Of a stretch of 64,000 nt of DNA, positions 51,644 to 64,000 are shown one piece after another; the stretch's first letter is position 1; each line of letters starts with the position of its first letter. The DNA is from Gammaproteobacteria bacterium (lineage in GTDB: Bacteria > Pseudomonadota > Gammaproteobacteria > Ga0077536): NCBI GenBank assembly GCA_050184115.1, contig JBFXAQ010000011.1, forward strand, positions 88,692-152,691, read 5' to 3'. The notes beneath the pieces were generated by a model that saw only the letters and a list, made by a program, of their open reading frames with translations, ran no database searches and was not told the DNA's origin. The translations under genes and the position numbers were made by a program.

Positions 51644-53158
51644 TCATGCCAGTCGCTTTCTCTCGTTCGAAGGTGGGATCGACATCGCCTCGCGATACTT
51701 CGCCACGGTACGTCGCGCGACCTGCACCCCCTGCTCGGAGAGGATCGCGGCAATCTTGTTGTCACTGAGCGGTTTGGCATTGTTCTCGGCGGCGATGAGC
51801 TTCTTGATCACGGCGCGGATGGCCGTCGACGACGCTTCGCCGCCGAGCGTGGTGCTGACGTGGCTCGAGAAGAAATACTTGAGTTCGAAGATGCCGCGAG
51901 GGGTGTGCATGTACTTGCGCGTGGTCACGCGCGAGATGGTCGATTCGTGCAGTTCGAGGACTTCGGCGATGTCGTGCAGGACCAGGGGTCGCATCGCCTC
52001 TTCGCCGTGCTCGAGGAAAGCGCGCTGGCGCTCGACGATCGCGGTGGCAACGCGCAGCAGGGTTTCGCTTCGGCTCTGTAGGCTCTTGATGAACCAGCGT
52101 GCCTCCTGCATGTGCGCACGCATCGTGGCGTTGTCATCGCTGGCGTCGGCGCGCTTGATGAGGCTCGCGTAGTAGGGGTTGATGCGCAGCGCCGGCATCA
52201 CGTCCGGGTTGAGTTCGACACGCCAGCGGTCTTTGTGCTTGAACACGAACACGTCGGGCACGATGTACTCGGGCTGTTCGCTGCTGAACTGGCTGCCGGG
52301 CCGCGGATTGAGGGTCTGGACGAGGGCCAGCACCTGGGCGAGTTCGTCCTTCGACAGCTTGAGCCTGCGCATCAGCTGGTTGTAGTCGCGTGCGCCCAGC
52401 AGCTCCATGAAATCGCCGCAGCAGCGCTGCGCCTCGGCCAGCCATGGCGTCGCCGGATCGAGCTGGGCGAGCTGCAGGACCAGGCACTCGCGCAGGTCAC
52501 GGGCGGCGACACCGACCGGGTCGAGGCTCTGGACCTGGCGCAGCACCGCGCGCACCTCGTCTTCCTCGGGGCTGCCGTCGTCGCCAGCGAGCGCGGCGCA
52601 GATTTCTCCGAGGTCCATCGACAGGTAGCCGTCATTGTCGATGGCGTCGACGATGGCAAGCGCAATGGCACGGTCGGTGTCACTCATCGGCAGGAGATTG
52701 AGCTGCCAAGCGAGGTGTTCGATCAGCGTTTCGCCCACCGGGCTGCCGCGCTCGTACTCTGAACCATCGTCGTCACGCGTCGGCGCGGTCGAACCCGAAG
52801 TGAGCAGCGTGTCGTAAATCTCGTCCCACTCGGTATCGACCGGCAGTTCGTCCGGGATATCGGCCGCCGCGGGCGGCGCTTCGTCGTCGCCGGGATCGCC
52901 GCCGCCCACTTCGTATGGCGTTTCATATTCGGAATCCTCGCCGGCGGTCGCGCTGTCGCGCTCGGAGGTGCCACGCTCGTCCCAGGCCGCGTCATCACCG
53001 TCGCCATCGGCGACTTCCAGCATGATGTTGGAGTCGAGCGCCTCCTGGATTTCGGTCGACAACTCCATCGCGGACAGCTGGAGCAGGCGGATGGCCTGCT
53101 GCAGCTGCGAGGTCATCGTCAGATGCTGCCCCAGCTTGAGTTGTAACGACTGCTTCAT
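51644..53158 (-). CDS. rpoN: RNA polymerase sigma-54 factor
   Basis: Gln-rich region [10 protein letters not shown], RpoN box [10 protein letters not shown]. Confidence 0.98.
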   Translation of the reverse strand: MKQSLQLKLGQHLTMTSQLQQAIRLLQLSAMELSTEIQEALDSNIMLEVADGDGDDAAWDERGTSERDSATAGEDSEYETPYEVGGGDPGDDEAPPAAADIPDELPVDTEWDEIYDTLLTSGSTAPTRDDDGSEYERGSPVGETLIEHLAWQLNLLPMSDTDRAIALAIVDAIDNDGYLSMDLGEICAALAGDDGSPEEDEVRAVLRQVQSLDPVGVAARDLRECLVLQLAQLDPATPWLAEAQRCCGDFMELLGARDYNQLMRRLKLSKDELAQVLALVQTLNPRPGSQFSSEQPEYIVPDVFVFKHKDRWRVELNPDVMPALRINPYYASLIKRADASDDNATMRAHMQEARWFIKSLQSRSETLLRVATAIVERQRAFLEHGEEAMRPLVLHDIAEVLELHESTISRVTTRKYMHTPRGIFELKYFFSSHVSTTLGGEASSTAIRAVIKKLIAAENNAKPLSDNKIAAILSEQGVQVARRTVAKYREAMSIPPSNERKRLA

Positions 53159-53331
53159 GTCCAGGTTCGGCGTGATGGCCGGCGGAGCCGGGAGGATCTA
53201 GTTTAGCGCAAGGCCAACCCGTCCGGATCGACGCGACTCCCGAGTCACGAGCGGCATGGACCCGCAGCGGGTAGCGGCTGACGCGGTCACGTACTTGACC
53301 ACGAGCAGGCCGGCGGGTGGCCGCCAGAGGG

Positions 53332-54057
<726 letters not shown>

Positions 54058-54071
54058 CGCCGCGCTCCGGG

Positions 54072-54734
54072 CTAGCGCGGAACGAAGGTCGGGGCGTCGG
54101 CAGTGGGGGCATCCGCGGCCTTCTTCTTCGGCGGGATGATGATGCGCACGCGGCCGGATTCGGCCGCCGGGACGTCGCCCTTGTCGACCTTGCCCGCACG
54201 CGCCGAGCGCACCGTGACGATGCTGCGCGCGGTGTCGTAATTGATGCGATGCCCCTGGGTAAGGCGCTGGCCCTGAGTGACCTTGGCCTTGTCAATCAGG
54301 TAGATCATGTTCTCCAGCGCGTGGTACTCGATGAGCAAAGCCTCACCCTCGACGTCTTCCTGGCCGTCATCCGGGGTCTGCTTGAACGTCGCCAGGCGGC
54401 CCTCCAAGTAGGCGTCCTTCAACTCCCGCTCCGGGGTGAAATTGACGCGCAGGCGATCGCCGGTCATCCGGATCGAACCCTGTACCACGACCACGTTGCC
54501 GATGTAGATCGTGGTGCCTTCCTCGTCGTCGAGTTCGGCGAAGTCGGCCTCTATTTCGATCGGTTGTTCGAAATCTGTCGACAACGCCAGGCACGGGCCG
54601 GACAGCCACGGCAGCAGGAGCAGCAGCAAGCCCCGTATGAGGACGCGCAAACGCTGCGAGGTATTACGCGCCGCCGCCCGCGGGTGACGCGGCCACGTGT
54701 TCAGAGCTTGCTTAGCCGGGAGGCTTGCCTTCAT
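54072..54734 (-). CDS. lptA: LPS transport periplasmic protein LptA
   Basis: [35 protein letters not shown]; between lptC and lptB; start uncertain. Confidence 0.9.
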   Translation of the reverse strand: MKASLPAKQALNTWPRHPRAAARNTSQRLRVLIRGLLLLLLPWLSGPCLALSTDFEQPIEIEADFAELDDEEGTTIYIGNVVVVQGSIRMTGDRLRVNFTPERELKDAYLEGRLATFKQTPDDGQEDVEGEALLIEYHALENMIYLIDKAKVTQGQRLTQGHRINYDTARSIVTVRSARAGKVDKGDVPAAESGRVRIIIPPKKKAADAPTADAPTFVPR

Positions 54735-55278
54735 ACCTGCTTCTTACGCGATTGATCAGTTCGACGCGGTCGTGCGCGAAATTGGCCCGCATGCCAATCG
54801 CATGAGCGACTGCCGCGGGGCTCACGATGATGGTTGGATTGTCGGTCTCTGCGTATTGTTCCTTGGGCAGGACGCGCAACTCGGTGGTCAGGACCTGGTA
54901 GGCACGCTCACCGTCCGCGCCGTAGCGCCAGATCTCGACCTCGCCGTGGAGCAGCACGACATCGTTACCGGCGCTGATCCAGCCGCGTTCGGCGATGACA
55001 TGCCAGGGTTCGGCCGCGCCATTGTAAATCTCGAGATGAGGACTGGCCAATTCCGTCGTGTCGTCGTCGGGGAAGTGCTCGACGTGGCTGGCCCGCAAGA
55101 CGTTGCGCAACTCCCCGTTCACCCCGGTGGTGCGACGGACCATTTGATCGACGTAGTAGTCCGGCTCGTGGCGCACGCGGCGTTCGGCGACGACATCGGC
55201 CTCCTCCAGGTTGCGGAGCAGCCAGAAGGACAGCACCCCACAGAGGAGGACGGCGAGCGCGGTAGCCCAGGCATTCAT
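54712..55278 (-). CDS. lptC: LPS export protein LptC
   Basis: N-terminal TM, EPDYY, HFPDD; operon position. Confidence 0.88.
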   Translation of the reverse strand: MNAWATALAVLLCGVLSFWLLRNLEEADVVAERRVRHEPDYYVDQMVRRTTGVNGELRNVLRASHVEHFPDDDTTELASPHLEIYNGAAEPWHVIAERGWISAGNDVVLLHGEVEIWRYGADGERAYQVLTTELRVLPKEQYAETDNPTIIVSPAAVAHAIGMRANFAHDRVELINRVRSRYEGKPPG

Positions 55279-55317
55279 GGTCGGTCGAAACCCCGCCGCC
55301 TGCGCCCGGCGCGGCGC

Positions 55318-55845
55318 TCAGGCGGCCCCGTCATCGGGCAGGCCCGCATTCAGCGCGGCCCGGATGACGTCGCAGATTTCGCGTACGGCGCCGCGGCCGC
55401 CACGAGCCCCGGTGACCCAGTCGGCGGCGGCGCGCGCCTCGGCGCAGGCATCGGCTACCGCGATCCCCAGGCCGGCCAGCTCCAGCGCACCAATATCGGG
55501 CAGATCGTCACCGACATAGCAGGCGACGCCGGGCTCGAATCCGAGCGTGTCGAGCAGCGCGCCGAGGCAGGCGCGTTTGTCCCTGACACCCTGGAAGACG
55601 CGTTCGATGCCAAGTTCGCGCATGCGCCGCTCGACCACCGCCGAACGCCGCCCGGTGATGATGGCCAGAATGACGCCGGTCTCGCGCAGCGCGACGAGGC
55701 CGGCGCCGTCACGCACGTCGAAGGCCTTGTACTCGTCACCCGCGGGGCCAAGGATGATGCGTCCGTCGGTGAGTACGCCGTCGACGTCGAAAACGGCGAG
55801 GCGCGTGCGTGCAGCCCGGCTCATCAGGGCCTCGCGGTCGAGCAC
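55318..55845 (-). CDS. kdsC: KDO 8-phosphate phosphatase
   Basis: FDVDGVLTDG, ITGR, YVGDDLPD, GGRGAVRE. Confidence 0.95.
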   Translation of the reverse strand: MLDREALMSRAARTRLAVFDVDGVLTDGRIILGPAGDEYKAFDVRDGAGLVALRETGVILAIITGRRSAVVERRMRELGIERVFQGVRDKRACLGALLDTLGFEPGVACYVGDDLPDIGALELAGLGIAVADACAEARAAADWVTGARGGRGAVREICDVIRAALNAGLPDDGAA

Positions 55846-55847
55846 GC

Positions 55848-56858
55848 TCAGATCACCCGCGCGCGCAGGAGGTCGTGCATGTTGAGCACCCCTGCCAGGC
55901 GCGCGTCGGCGTCGACCACGAGCAGGGCGTTGATCTTGTGCTCCTGCATCATCCGCAGCGCCTCGGCGGCGAGCATGTCCGGATCGGCGGTCTTGCAGCG
56001 GCGCGTCATGACTTCCTCGATGGGCGTCGCGCGCAGGTCATGACCGCGTTCGAGGACGCGGCGCAGGTCGCCGTCGGTGAAGATGCCGACAACACGGTCA
56101 TCAGCGGTGGTGACGGCCGTCATGCCGAGCCCTGAGCGTGTCATCTCGACCAGGGCTGCAGCGACCGTCGCCTGCGGCCGCACGGTGGGCATGTCGGTGC
56201 CGGAATGCATGAGGTCGTCGATCTTGAGCAGCAGGCGGCGGCCGAGCGAACCGCCGGGGTGGGCACGGGCGAAATCGCGTTCGGTGAAACCGCGGGCCTG
56301 CAGCAAGGCGATGGCCAGCGCGTCGCCCATGGCCAGTGCCGCCGTCGTGCTCGAAGTCGGCGCCAGGCCAAGCGGACAGGCCTCCTCGCGCACCTCGACG
56401 TGGACGAACACCGTCGCGCCGCGGGCGAGTGTGGAATCGGGGTTGCCGGTGATCGCGATGAGGGGGACGCCGAGTCGCTTGATCAAGGGCAACAGGACGG
56501 TCAGCTCCTCGGTTTCGCCGGAGTTCGACAGCGCCAGGGCGACGTCCTGGCTGGTCAGCATGCCCATGTCGCCGTGGCTGGCCTCGCCTGCGTGGACGAA
56601 GAAGGCCGGCGTGCCAGTGCTCGCGAGGGTGGCGGCGATCTTGCCCCCGATATGCCCCGACTTGCCCATGCCGAGCACCACCACGCGGCCGCGGCAGGCG
56701 AGCATGATGCGCGCCGCGTCGACGAACGCGCTGTCGATCCGGTGAGCCAGCGCGGCCAGGGTGCGGGCCTCGATTTCGAGCACGGCGCGGCCCATGTCGG
56801 CCAAGGCCTTGGCTTCCGGGTCGCTGCTCAGCTCGGGATAGTCGGTTGCGGTCGTCAT
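55848..56858 (-). CDS. kdsD: Arabinose 5-phosphate isomerase (SIS + CBS)
   Basis: GMGKSGHIG, ASTGTP, HGDMG, APTSST, HPGGSLG. Confidence 0.96.
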   Translation of the reverse strand: MTTATDYPELSSDPEAKALADMGRAVLEIEARTLAALAHRIDSAFVDAARIMLACRGRVVVLGMGKSGHIGGKIAATLASTGTPAFFVHAGEASHGDMGMLTSQDVALALSNSGETEELTVLLPLIKRLGVPLIAITGNPDSTLARGATVFVHVEVREEACPLGLAPTSSTTAALAMGDALAIALLQARGFTERDFARAHPGGSLGRRLLLKIDDLMHSGTDMPTVRPQATVAAALVEMTRSGLGMTAVTTADDRVVGIFTDGDLRRVLERGHDLRATPIEEVMTRRCKTADPDMLAAEALRMMQEHKINALLVVDADARLAGVLNMHDLLRARVI

Positions 56859-56896
56859 GTCCTAGCTCCGTGGTGTGCGCGCCGCTCCAGCCCCGC

Positions 56897-57868
56897 TCAA
56901 CGGGCGCCGAACAGCAGCAGCTGGTAGGCGCAGAACCCCGCCAGCAGCACACCACCGTCGAACCGCCCGATCCGCCGCTGCCCAGCGCGCGCGCGGCACA
57001 TCATAAGAAGCGCGAGGCTCAAGAGGAACATGCACGGCAGGTCACGGCTGATCACCTCGGCGTCGAAAGCGGTTGGCGCGAGCAGGCCCGGCAGGCCCAG
57101 CACCCCGAGCGCATTGAACATGTTCGAACCGAGGACGTTGCCAAGCGCGATGTCGGGTTCGTTCTTGAGCGCACTGGCGACCGATGCTGCGAGTTCCGGC
57201 AGGCTGGTGCCGATGGCGACGACGGTCAGCCCGATGACGACGTCGCTGAGGCCGAAACCCTGCGCGATGGCGACGGCGCCGCTGACGACGAGGCGCGAAC
57301 CACCGAGCAGGAGCACGAGGCCGAGGACCAGCCAGGCCAGCGCACGCGGCATCGACATCGGTGGCGCGAGGGCGGCGAGCTCATGGTCGACTTCGGCGAC
57401 GATCGGGTCGCGCGGCGAGGTGTTGCGGCCCAACCACACGAGCGCACCGACGACGACGAACAGCCCGCCGACCAGCAGGATGCCGTCGGCGCGGCTCAGG
57501 TAGCCGTCGGCAAGCAGGGCCGCGGCGATGGCGAGGACGGTGAACAGCAGCGGGAACTCGCGGCGCAGTAAGCTCGATCCGACCGCCATCGGCGCGGCGA
57601 GCGCGCTGGCGCCGATGACGAGGCCGACATTGGTGATGTTGGACCCGATGGCGTTGCCGATGCCGAGGCTCGGGGCGCCATCCAAGGCGGCGACCGCGGA
57701 GACCAGCATCTCGGGCGCGCTGGTCGCGAAACCGACGATGACCAGACCGACGAGCAGCGACGGCACGCCGAGATTGCCTGCCGCGGCCGCCGCGCCTTCG
57801 ACGAAACGATCGGCGCCGTAGGTGAGCAGGGCGAGCCCGCCGCAGAGTACGAGGAATTCGAGGGCCAT
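56897..57868 (-). CDS. yrbG: Calcium/sodium antiporter (YrbG-like)
   Basis: ATSAPE and GTSLPE alpha repeats, GNAIGSN / GNVLGSN; upstream of kdsD. Confidence 0.9.
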   Translation of the reverse strand: MALEFLVLCGGLALLTYGADRFVEGAAAAAGNLGVPSLLVGLVIVGFATSAPEMLVSAVAALDGAPSLGIGNAIGSNITNVGLVIGASALAAPMAVGSSLLRREFPLLFTVLAIAAALLADGYLSRADGILLVGGLFVVVGALVWLGRNTSPRDPIVAEVDHELAALAPPMSMPRALAWLVLGLVLLLGGSRLVVSGAVAIAQGFGLSDVVIGLTVVAIGTSLPELAASVASALKNEPDIALGNVLGSNMFNALGVLGLPGLLAPTAFDAEVISRDLPCMFLLSLALLMMCRARAGQRRIGRFDGGVLLAGFCAYQLLLFGAR

Positions 57869-57971
57869 GGACGTGAATGGATTCGGCTCAGGACACCGCG
57901 CGCATCAGCTCGGGTGCGGAGGTTCCCGCATCGGGAGGCGTCTCTCCGGCGCGCGCGGCGCAGCGGCATGA

Positions 57972-58718
<747 letters not shown>

Positions 58719-58842
58719 CCCTGGCGCTAGACCTGGGCCATCATCCGCCACCGCAGAACAACAGCCCCTCCAGGGACCGGTCCCCATCCCAGCCCGGTAC
58801 CCGACGATCTGCTTGCTTTCCCACCTGGATGGCCGCAATGCC

Positions 58843-60909
58843 ATGACGCCCTCGCGCGCGCATTGCCGGCAGGCCCAGTGTCGCCGGCCCCCTCGTGTCC
58901 GCCGCTACGGCGCCGGGCTGCTGTGCGTGGTGCTGATGGCTTGCACGGCGGTCTTCGCGCCGCGCGTAACGGCCGGCGAAGGCGTACTGCGGGTGCTCAA
59001 ACTGCGTCACCAGGAAGCCAACCACCCCTACCGGGACATCGCCGGAGAGTTCCGGCTGCTCAGCGATTTCGCGCGTCAGGAGGGTCTCGTGCTCGAATGG
59101 CTCGACGCCGTGCAGCCAGGCGAACTCGAAAACCGCCTGCGCGCGGGCGAGGGTGACGTCGTCCTGGCCGACCTGCCACCCGGCCCCGAACATACCCGCG
59201 GCCTGCTGCCAGGGATCGGCATGGGTACCTACCGCGAAGTGGTCTATGGCATGCAAGACCTCGATGTCCGTGACCCACGCGGGCTGGCTGGGCTGCGCGT
59301 CGCGGTCAGCATCGCTTCGCCGTTATGGCCCTATCTCAACGCTCTATCCGAGCAGATCCCCGGGCTTGTGGTGGCGGCCCAACCCGATACCGCCAGCCGC
59401 GACGAGCTGCTTGCGGGAGTCGCCGACCAGCGTTACGACGCCGTCGTCATCAGCCTGCGTCCGAACGAGAACCCGATCGAGTCCCTGCCCCGGCTCAAGG
59501 CCTTGTTCGAGCTCAGCCCGACCAGTGTCTCGCGCTGGCACTTCGCGCCCGGGGCCGATGCCCTGCGCCAGCGCCTGGACGGCTACCTGACGCGCTTCCA
59601 GGCCGCGGTACCGGCGCTCGCGCCGGCGTTCGGCGACCTCGACGTCATCCGCCAGCGCCACGTGCTGCGCGTCATCACCCGCATCGATGCGCACAACTAT
59701 TTCGTACGCAACGGTCGGCCGGCCGGTTTCGAGTACGAACTCGTGCGCCAGTTTGCCCGCAGCCGTGGTCTCGGCCTGGAATTCCTGGTCGCCGACAGTG
59801 ACCAGGAGGTGACCGACTGGCTGCGTCGCGGCGTCGGCGACCTGGTGACGACCCGAATCAACGGTGCGCAGGTCCGCGCCGATCCCGGACTCGAACAATC
59901 GCGACCCTACTTCCACTCGGCTTCGGTCATCGTCCAGCGCAGCGACCGCCCGCGCCTGACCGGCGACACCCTGACGGGGCTCCGCGTGGGGGTCCTCGCC
60001 AACAGCGTGCAGCACCGTGCGCTGGGTGAACTGATGGCCGCCGGGCTCGAGTGTGAGACACGGGTCTATCCCGCCGACATGTCCCCGGTCGCGCTTGCCG
60101 GGCGTGTCCAGCGTGGCGAGATTGCCGCCGCCATCCTCGATGCCTATACCCTCGAAGCCGTGCGAGGGCAGTATCCACGCCTGCTTGCCGGCACCTCGCT
60201 GGCCACACCGTTCCGCTACGCCTGGACGCTGCGCGCGGGGGACAAGGCCCTGAAATCGAGCGTGAACGGCTTCCTGCGCGCGCAGTTCCGCGAGTCGACC
60301 TACAACCTCCTCGCCAGGCGCTACTTCGAGACGCCGGCCGAGCCGCGCCTGGCCGGCGCCGGCGACATCTCACCCTACGACGCCCTGGTCCGTCGGCACG
60401 CCGAGGCCAATGACTTCGACTGGCGCTTGATCGTCGCCCAGATGTACCAGGAGAGTCGCTTCAACCCGCGTGCCGAGTCGCGCACGGGCGCGCGTGGTTT
60501 GATGCAGCTGCAGCCGAACACCGCGCGGGCGCTCGGCGTGCGCGATGCCTTCGACCCGGAATCTGCGATCCGCGGTGGGATCACCTACCTCAAACGCCTG
60601 CGCCAGCGCTTCGACCCCGCCATCGCGCCGCGCGAACGCACCTGGTTCGCGCTCGCCGCCTACAACGTCGGGTTCGGTCCGGTCGAGCGCGCGCGACGGC
60701 GCACTGCCGCCGAAGGCCTCGATCCGAATCGCTGGTTCGGCAATGTCGAAGTGGTCATGAAACGCCTGGCGCGCAATGCACAGACGCGCCGCTGGGGCCA
60801 GCCGGTGATCTACGTGCGTGCCATCCGTTCGCTCTACAACACCTACAACCGCCTGCACGAGACGCTCACGGCTGGCATCGATCTCGCGCGCCCGACACCG
60901 GCGGGCTGA
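58843..60909 (+). CDS. MltF-like lytic transglycosylase with two substrate-binding domains and an SLT domain
   Basis: Two PBP-like modules (GEFRLLSDFA; GFEYELVRQFA), SLT motifs QMYQESRFNP, GARGLMQL, ALAAYNVG; start uncertain. Confidence 0.85.
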   Translation: MTPSRAHCRQAQCRRPPRVRRYGAGLLCVVLMACTAVFAPRVTAGEGVLRVLKLRHQEANHPYRDIAGEFRLLSDFARQEGLVLEWLDAVQPGELENRLRAGEGDVVLADLPPGPEHTRGLLPGIGMGTYREVVYGMQDLDVRDPRGLAGLRVAVSIASPLWPYLNALSEQIPGLVVAAQPDTASRDELLAGVADQRYDAVVISLRPNENPIESLPRLKALFELSPTSVSRWHFAPGADALRQRLDGYLTRFQAAVPALAPAFGDLDVIRQRHVLRVITRIDAHNYFVRNGRPAGFEYELVRQFARSRGLGLEFLVADSDQEVTDWLRRGVGDLVTTRINGAQVRADPGLEQSRPYFHSASVIVQRSDRPRLTGDTLTGLRVGVLANSVQHRALGELMAAGLECETRVYPADMSPVALAGRVQRGEIAAAILDAYTLEAVRGQYPRLLAGTSLATPFRYAWTLRAGDKALKSSVNGFLRAQFRESTYNLLARRYFETPAEPRLAGAGDISPYDALVRRHAEANDFDWRLIVAQMYQESRFNPRAESRTGARGLMQLQPNTARALGVRDAFDPESAIRGGITYLKRLRQRFDPAIAPRERTWFALAAYNVGFGPVERARRRTAAEGLDPNRWFGNVEVVMKRLARNAQTRRWGQPVIYVRAIRSLYNTYNRLHETLTAGIDLARPTPAG

Positions 60910-60916
60910 GCGCCGC

Positions 60917-61612
60917 TCAGCGTGCCTCTTCCTGGTAGGCCGTGGGGTCGGCGATGCCAGCCGCAAGGAAACCCTCTCGTCGCAGCCGGCAGGCATCACA
61001 GCGACCGCAGGCACGGCCAGCGCCGTCGGCGCTGTAGCAACTCACCGTCATGCCATAGTCGACGCCGAGCGCCACGCCGGCGCGGATGATCTCCGCCTTG
61101 CTCATGTCGACCAGCGGTGCGTGCACGCGGATGCCGGTTCCCTCGACGCCGACACGAGTCGCAAGCGCCGCAAGGCGCTCGAAAGCCGCGATGAATTCCG
61201 GCCGGCAGTCGGGATAACCCGAGTAATCGACGGCATTGACGCCGATGTGGATCTCGCTCGCCGCGACGATCTCGGCCCAACCGAGCGCCAGCGCCAGCAT
61301 GATGGTGTTGCGCGCCGGGACGTAGGTGACAGGGATGCCGCTGGTCGGCTGCTGCGGTACGGCGATGGAAGCATCGGTCAGAGCAGACCCGCCGAACTGG
61401 CCGAAATCCACGCTGACCACGCGATGCTCGACGGCGCCCAGCGCGCCTGCAAGGCGGGCCGCGGCAGCGAGTTCCGCGTTATGGCGCTGGCCGTAGTCGA
61501 CGCTCAGCGCGTGGCAGCACAAGCCCGCGGCCCGCGCCCGTGCAAGCACCGTAGCGGAATCGAGGCCGCCCGAGAGCAGCACCACCGCCCGCCGCTCAGC
61601 GTCCCGGCTCAT
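60917..61612 (-). CDS. queC: 7-cyano-7-deazaguanine synthase
   Basis: [32 protein letters not shown]. Confidence 0.96.
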   Translation of the reverse strand: MSRDAERRAVVLLSGGLDSATVLARARAAGLCCHALSVDYGQRHNAELAAAARLAGALGAVEHRVVSVDFGQFGGSALTDASIAVPQQPTSGIPVTYVPARNTIMLALALGWAEIVAASEIHIGVNAVDYSGYPDCRPEFIAAFERLAALATRVGVEGTGIRVHAPLVDMSKAEIIRAGVALGVDYGMTVSCYSADGAGRACGRCDACRLRREGFLAAGIADPTAYQEEAR

Positions 61613-62261
61613 CGCCCCACAGGTACTTGTGCAGCTGGATCTGGAAACGCACCGGCAGACGGTCGGCGACAATCCAGTCAGCGAGGTCACGGGCGGCCAG
61701 GCTGCCATGACCAGGGGAGAAGAGAATCTCCGCCGCGGTGCCGAGCTCAGCCATCCGTGCGCGGCTCCAGTCGTAGTCGGCGCGATCGCAGATGACGAAC
61801 TTGACCTGGTCACGCGCAGTCAGGTCGGTGAAGTTCGACCACAGGTTGCGCTCGACCTCCCCCGAGGCCGGCGTCTTGACGTCCACCACCCGGACCACGC
61901 GCCGGTCGAGCACGCTGACATCGAGCGCGCCGCTGGTTTCGATCGAGACGACGTACCCGGTATCGCAGAGGCGGCTCAGCAGCGCCGGCGTCGATGGTTG
62001 GGCGAGCGGTTCGCCACCGGTCACGGTGACGTGCCGAACGCCATGCTCGGCAACGCGGGCGAGGATGTCGTCATGGTCCATCACCTTGCCACCGGAGAAC
62101 GCGTAGGCGGTATCGCAGTAGCTGCAGCGCAAGGGACAACCGGTCGTACGCACGAACACGGTGGGGTAGCCGACCGTGTTCGATTCCCCTTGCAGGGAGA
62201 GAAAGATCTCGGTGACGCGCAGCGTCAGCGACGACGCCACGGTTGCCGCTTCGCGCGACAT
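61596..62261 (-). CDS. queE: 7-carboxy-7-deazaguanine synthase (radical SAM)
   Basis: [32 protein letters not shown]. Confidence 0.96.
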   Translation of the reverse strand: MSREAATVASSLTLRVTEIFLSLQGESNTVGYPTVFVRTTGCPLRCSYCDTAYAFSGGKVMDHDDILARVAEHGVRHVTVTGGEPLAQPSTPALLSRLCDTGYVVSIETSGALDVSVLDRRVVRVVDVKTPASGEVERNLWSNFTDLTARDQVKFVICDRADYDWSRARMAELGTAAEILFSPGHGSLAARDLADWIVADRLPVRFQIQLHKYLWGDEPGR

Positions 62262-62291
62262 CTCACGCGCGCCCGCGGCGCGACGACGGGC

Positions 62292-63452
62292 TCACGGGGC
62301 CTGCGCGCGGATGCGCTGGATGCGCTCGTCTGCAAGGCGTGCCGCGGCGGAGCCGGGGAAGCGGGCCTTCAGATCGTTCAGTACCGCCAGCGCCTGGTCG
62401 TTGAGGCCGAGTTCGGAGTAGCTGTAGGCGATCTTGAGCAGCGCATGGGACTGCTTCTGGCTCGCCGGGTAGTTCTGTACCAGCTTCTGGTACTGCTCGA
62501 TGGCGGGTTCGAACTGGCGCAGAACGTAGTAGGCCTCACCCAGCCAGTACTGCGCGTTGTCGGCGAACTGGCTGCCCGGGTATTGCTGCAGATAGGTATT
62601 GAACGCCGCGATCGAATCCTCGTACTGACCGGCCTTGAGCATGGTGAAGGCATCGCGGTAGGCCGCTTCCGATTCGGGACTGTCGGTGCCCACCGCCGCC
62701 GCCCCGGCTGGTGCCGGTGGTGCGGCATTGACGACCATCGCCGGTGCGAGCGCTGCGGGCGCGACGACCTGTTGAGGGGCGCTCACGGGAACTTCGCCCA
62801 AGGTGGCGCCCGTGCTACCGGGTGGTGCGGACGGCAGCACGGAACTCGGAGCGGGTGGCTGCGGGACGGCATTGGCCACGATCGCTCCCGGTGGCAGGGT
62901 GCCGCCCGGCGAGACCGTCGGCACGGGTGCGACAGGCGGTGCTTGGTAGACCGGGCTGCCCTCGACCGCGAGCGCCATGGTCTGCTCGGCCGGCTGACCG
63001 GCGACGCTGCTACCGCCGGTGGCGGGCAGGGTCGGCAGCGGAGGGTCGACCTGGGCCGGCGCGGTGGGGTTCGCGCCGTAGGCACCGGCCGCCGCCGTGG
63101 CGCCCGGCACGCTGATCGTCCCGCCCTGCTCCAGCACGCCCAGGCGACTGTCGAGGTTGGCGTAGACGTCGCGCTGCCCGTTGCGCAACTGTTCGATCGT
63201 GTAGGCTTGATTCTCGATCTCGCCGCGCAGACGCCGCACTTCCTGCTGCAGCTGGTCGAGTTGGCGCACGAGATCGAGCAACCCGGCATTGTCGAGCTTG
63301 CGCTCGAGGCGTTGCAGACGGGCGTCGACGGCCTCGCCGTCGGCGGCATAGACCATCGGCGGGAGTGACGCGAACGCGCCGAGGATGCAGACGCCGAGGG
63401 CGAGCCGCGCGCACTGGCGCACGCCGCGCCTTACGGACCGGGCCGCCATCAA
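62292..63452 (-). CDS. cpoB: Tol-Pal coordinator CpoB/YbgF
   Basis: Coiled coil LQQEVRRLRGEIE, TPRs with YPGSQFADNAQYWLGE, ALLKI; follows pal. Confidence 0.92.
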   Translation of the reverse strand: MMAARSVRRGVRQCARLALGVCILGAFASLPPMVYAADGEAVDARLQRLERKLDNAGLLDLVRQLDQLQQEVRRLRGEIENQAYTIEQLRNGQRDVYANLDSRLGVLEQGGTISVPGATAAAGAYGANPTAPAQVDPPLPTLPATGGSSVAGQPAEQTMALAVEGSPVYQAPPVAPVPTVSPGGTLPPGAIVANAVPQPPAPSSVLPSAPPGSTGATLGEVPVSAPQQVVAPAALAPAMVVNAAPPAPAGAAAVGTDSPESEAAYRDAFTMLKAGQYEDSIAAFNTYLQQYPGSQFADNAQYWLGEAYYVLRQFEPAIEQYQKLVQNYPASQKQSHALLKIAYSYSELGLNDQALAVLNDLKARFPGSAAARLADERIQRIRAQAP

Positions 63453-63997
63453 TAGACCATCTCGACGCGGCGATTCAACGCGTAGGCCGACTCGTCGTGG
63501 CCGTCGGTCGCCGGGCGCTCCTCACCGTAGCTGACCGAACGAACCTGGCCGGCCGAAGCGCCGAGCAGGACCAACTGGCGACGCACCGCCAACGCGCGAC
63601 GTTCGCCGAGCGCGAGGTTGTACTCGCGCGAGCCGCGCTCGTCGGCATGGCCCTCGAGGGTCACGCTGATGGTCGGGTTGGCGGCGAGGAAGGCGGCATG
63701 CGCGGCAACCGTGTCGGCGAAGTCGCCGCGGATGTTGGCGCTGTCGTAGTCGAAATAGATGATGCGCACCGCGAGCGGGCTATCGGGATCGTTCAACGCC
63801 GCGGGCGTCAGGTCAGGGCGCCCGTCGAGCCCGCTGGTCTGGGCACCGTCGCTGCCATCGCCACCCTGTGACATCGTCCGATCTTCGACCGCGGCGCGAC
63901 TCTGCGCGTCGTCGGTCTTGGTCGCGCGCGAACTGCAGCCGGTCACCAGGAACGCGGCCAACACGACAACCAACAGTTTCAGGCCAGCCCCTTTCAT
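63449..63997 (-). CDS. pal: Peptidoglycan-associated lipoprotein
   Basis: Lipobox LVTGC, IYFDYDS, EGHADERGSREYNLALGERRA, NRRV. Confidence 0.97.
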   Translation of the reverse strand: MKGAGLKLLVVVLAAFLVTGCSSRATKTDDAQSRAAVEDRTMSQGGDGSDGAQTSGLDGRPDLTPAALNDPDSPLAVRIIYFDYDSANIRGDFADTVAAHAAFLAANPTISVTLEGHADERGSREYNLALGERRALAVRRQLVLLGASAGQVRSVSYGEERPATDGHDESAYALNRRVEMVY

Positions 63998-64000
63998 GTG

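Noticed and set aside
58772-58786. GGGACCGGTCCC palindrome, with a loosely similar sequence near 7762-7782
   Set aside because: Too short and too few copies to define a second repeat family in GC-rich DNA.
60917-62261. queC/queE as part of a 7-deazaguanine DNA-modification (Dpd) defence system
   Set aside because: They sit in the standard pal-cpoB-queE-queC housekeeping context, with no dpdA-like gene nearby.

Overview
High-GC gammaproteobacterial-type chromosome segment with two parts. (1) Accessory region, 1 to ~30.8 kb. It holds a giant minus-strand gene missing from the ORF track (>2568 aa, at least 15 tandem GAF domains, running off the left edge). It also has five class III nucleotide-cyclase genes: three double-zinc-ribbon/cyclase/STAND AAA-ATPase/TPR-like proteins and two cyclase/TM/TolB-like/TPR proteins, arranged as a duplicated module with mosaic, recombined parts. 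An acyl-CoA/sulfur metabolic block is present (SDR, sulfotransferase, enoyl-CoA hydratase, CoA-transferase III, ThDP lyase, DszC/SfnB-like monooxygenase). The region carries ~15 copies of a ~24-bp palindromic element (AATTCGGTGACAGTNACTGTATTT and a GGGGACAG variant), mostly as inverted doublets at gene boundaries. One doublet replaces in frame the body of an apparent former cyclase-STAND paralog. (2) Core housekeeping region, 31-64 kb, where I saw no copy of the element: trpGDC, ilvA, rpiA, hisAFIE-tatABC, polA, thrB, OmpA family, mgtE, kdsD-kdsC-lptCAB-rpoN-hpf-ptsN-rapZ-HPr-EI, murU, MltF-like, pal-cpoB-queE-queC. The best candidate for a new system is a palindrome-delimited, recombination-diversified array of cyclase-STAND/TPR receptors with non-canonical cyclase specificity residues, next to a poly-GAF sensor. 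All assignments were made by eye from motifs; no database searches were run.
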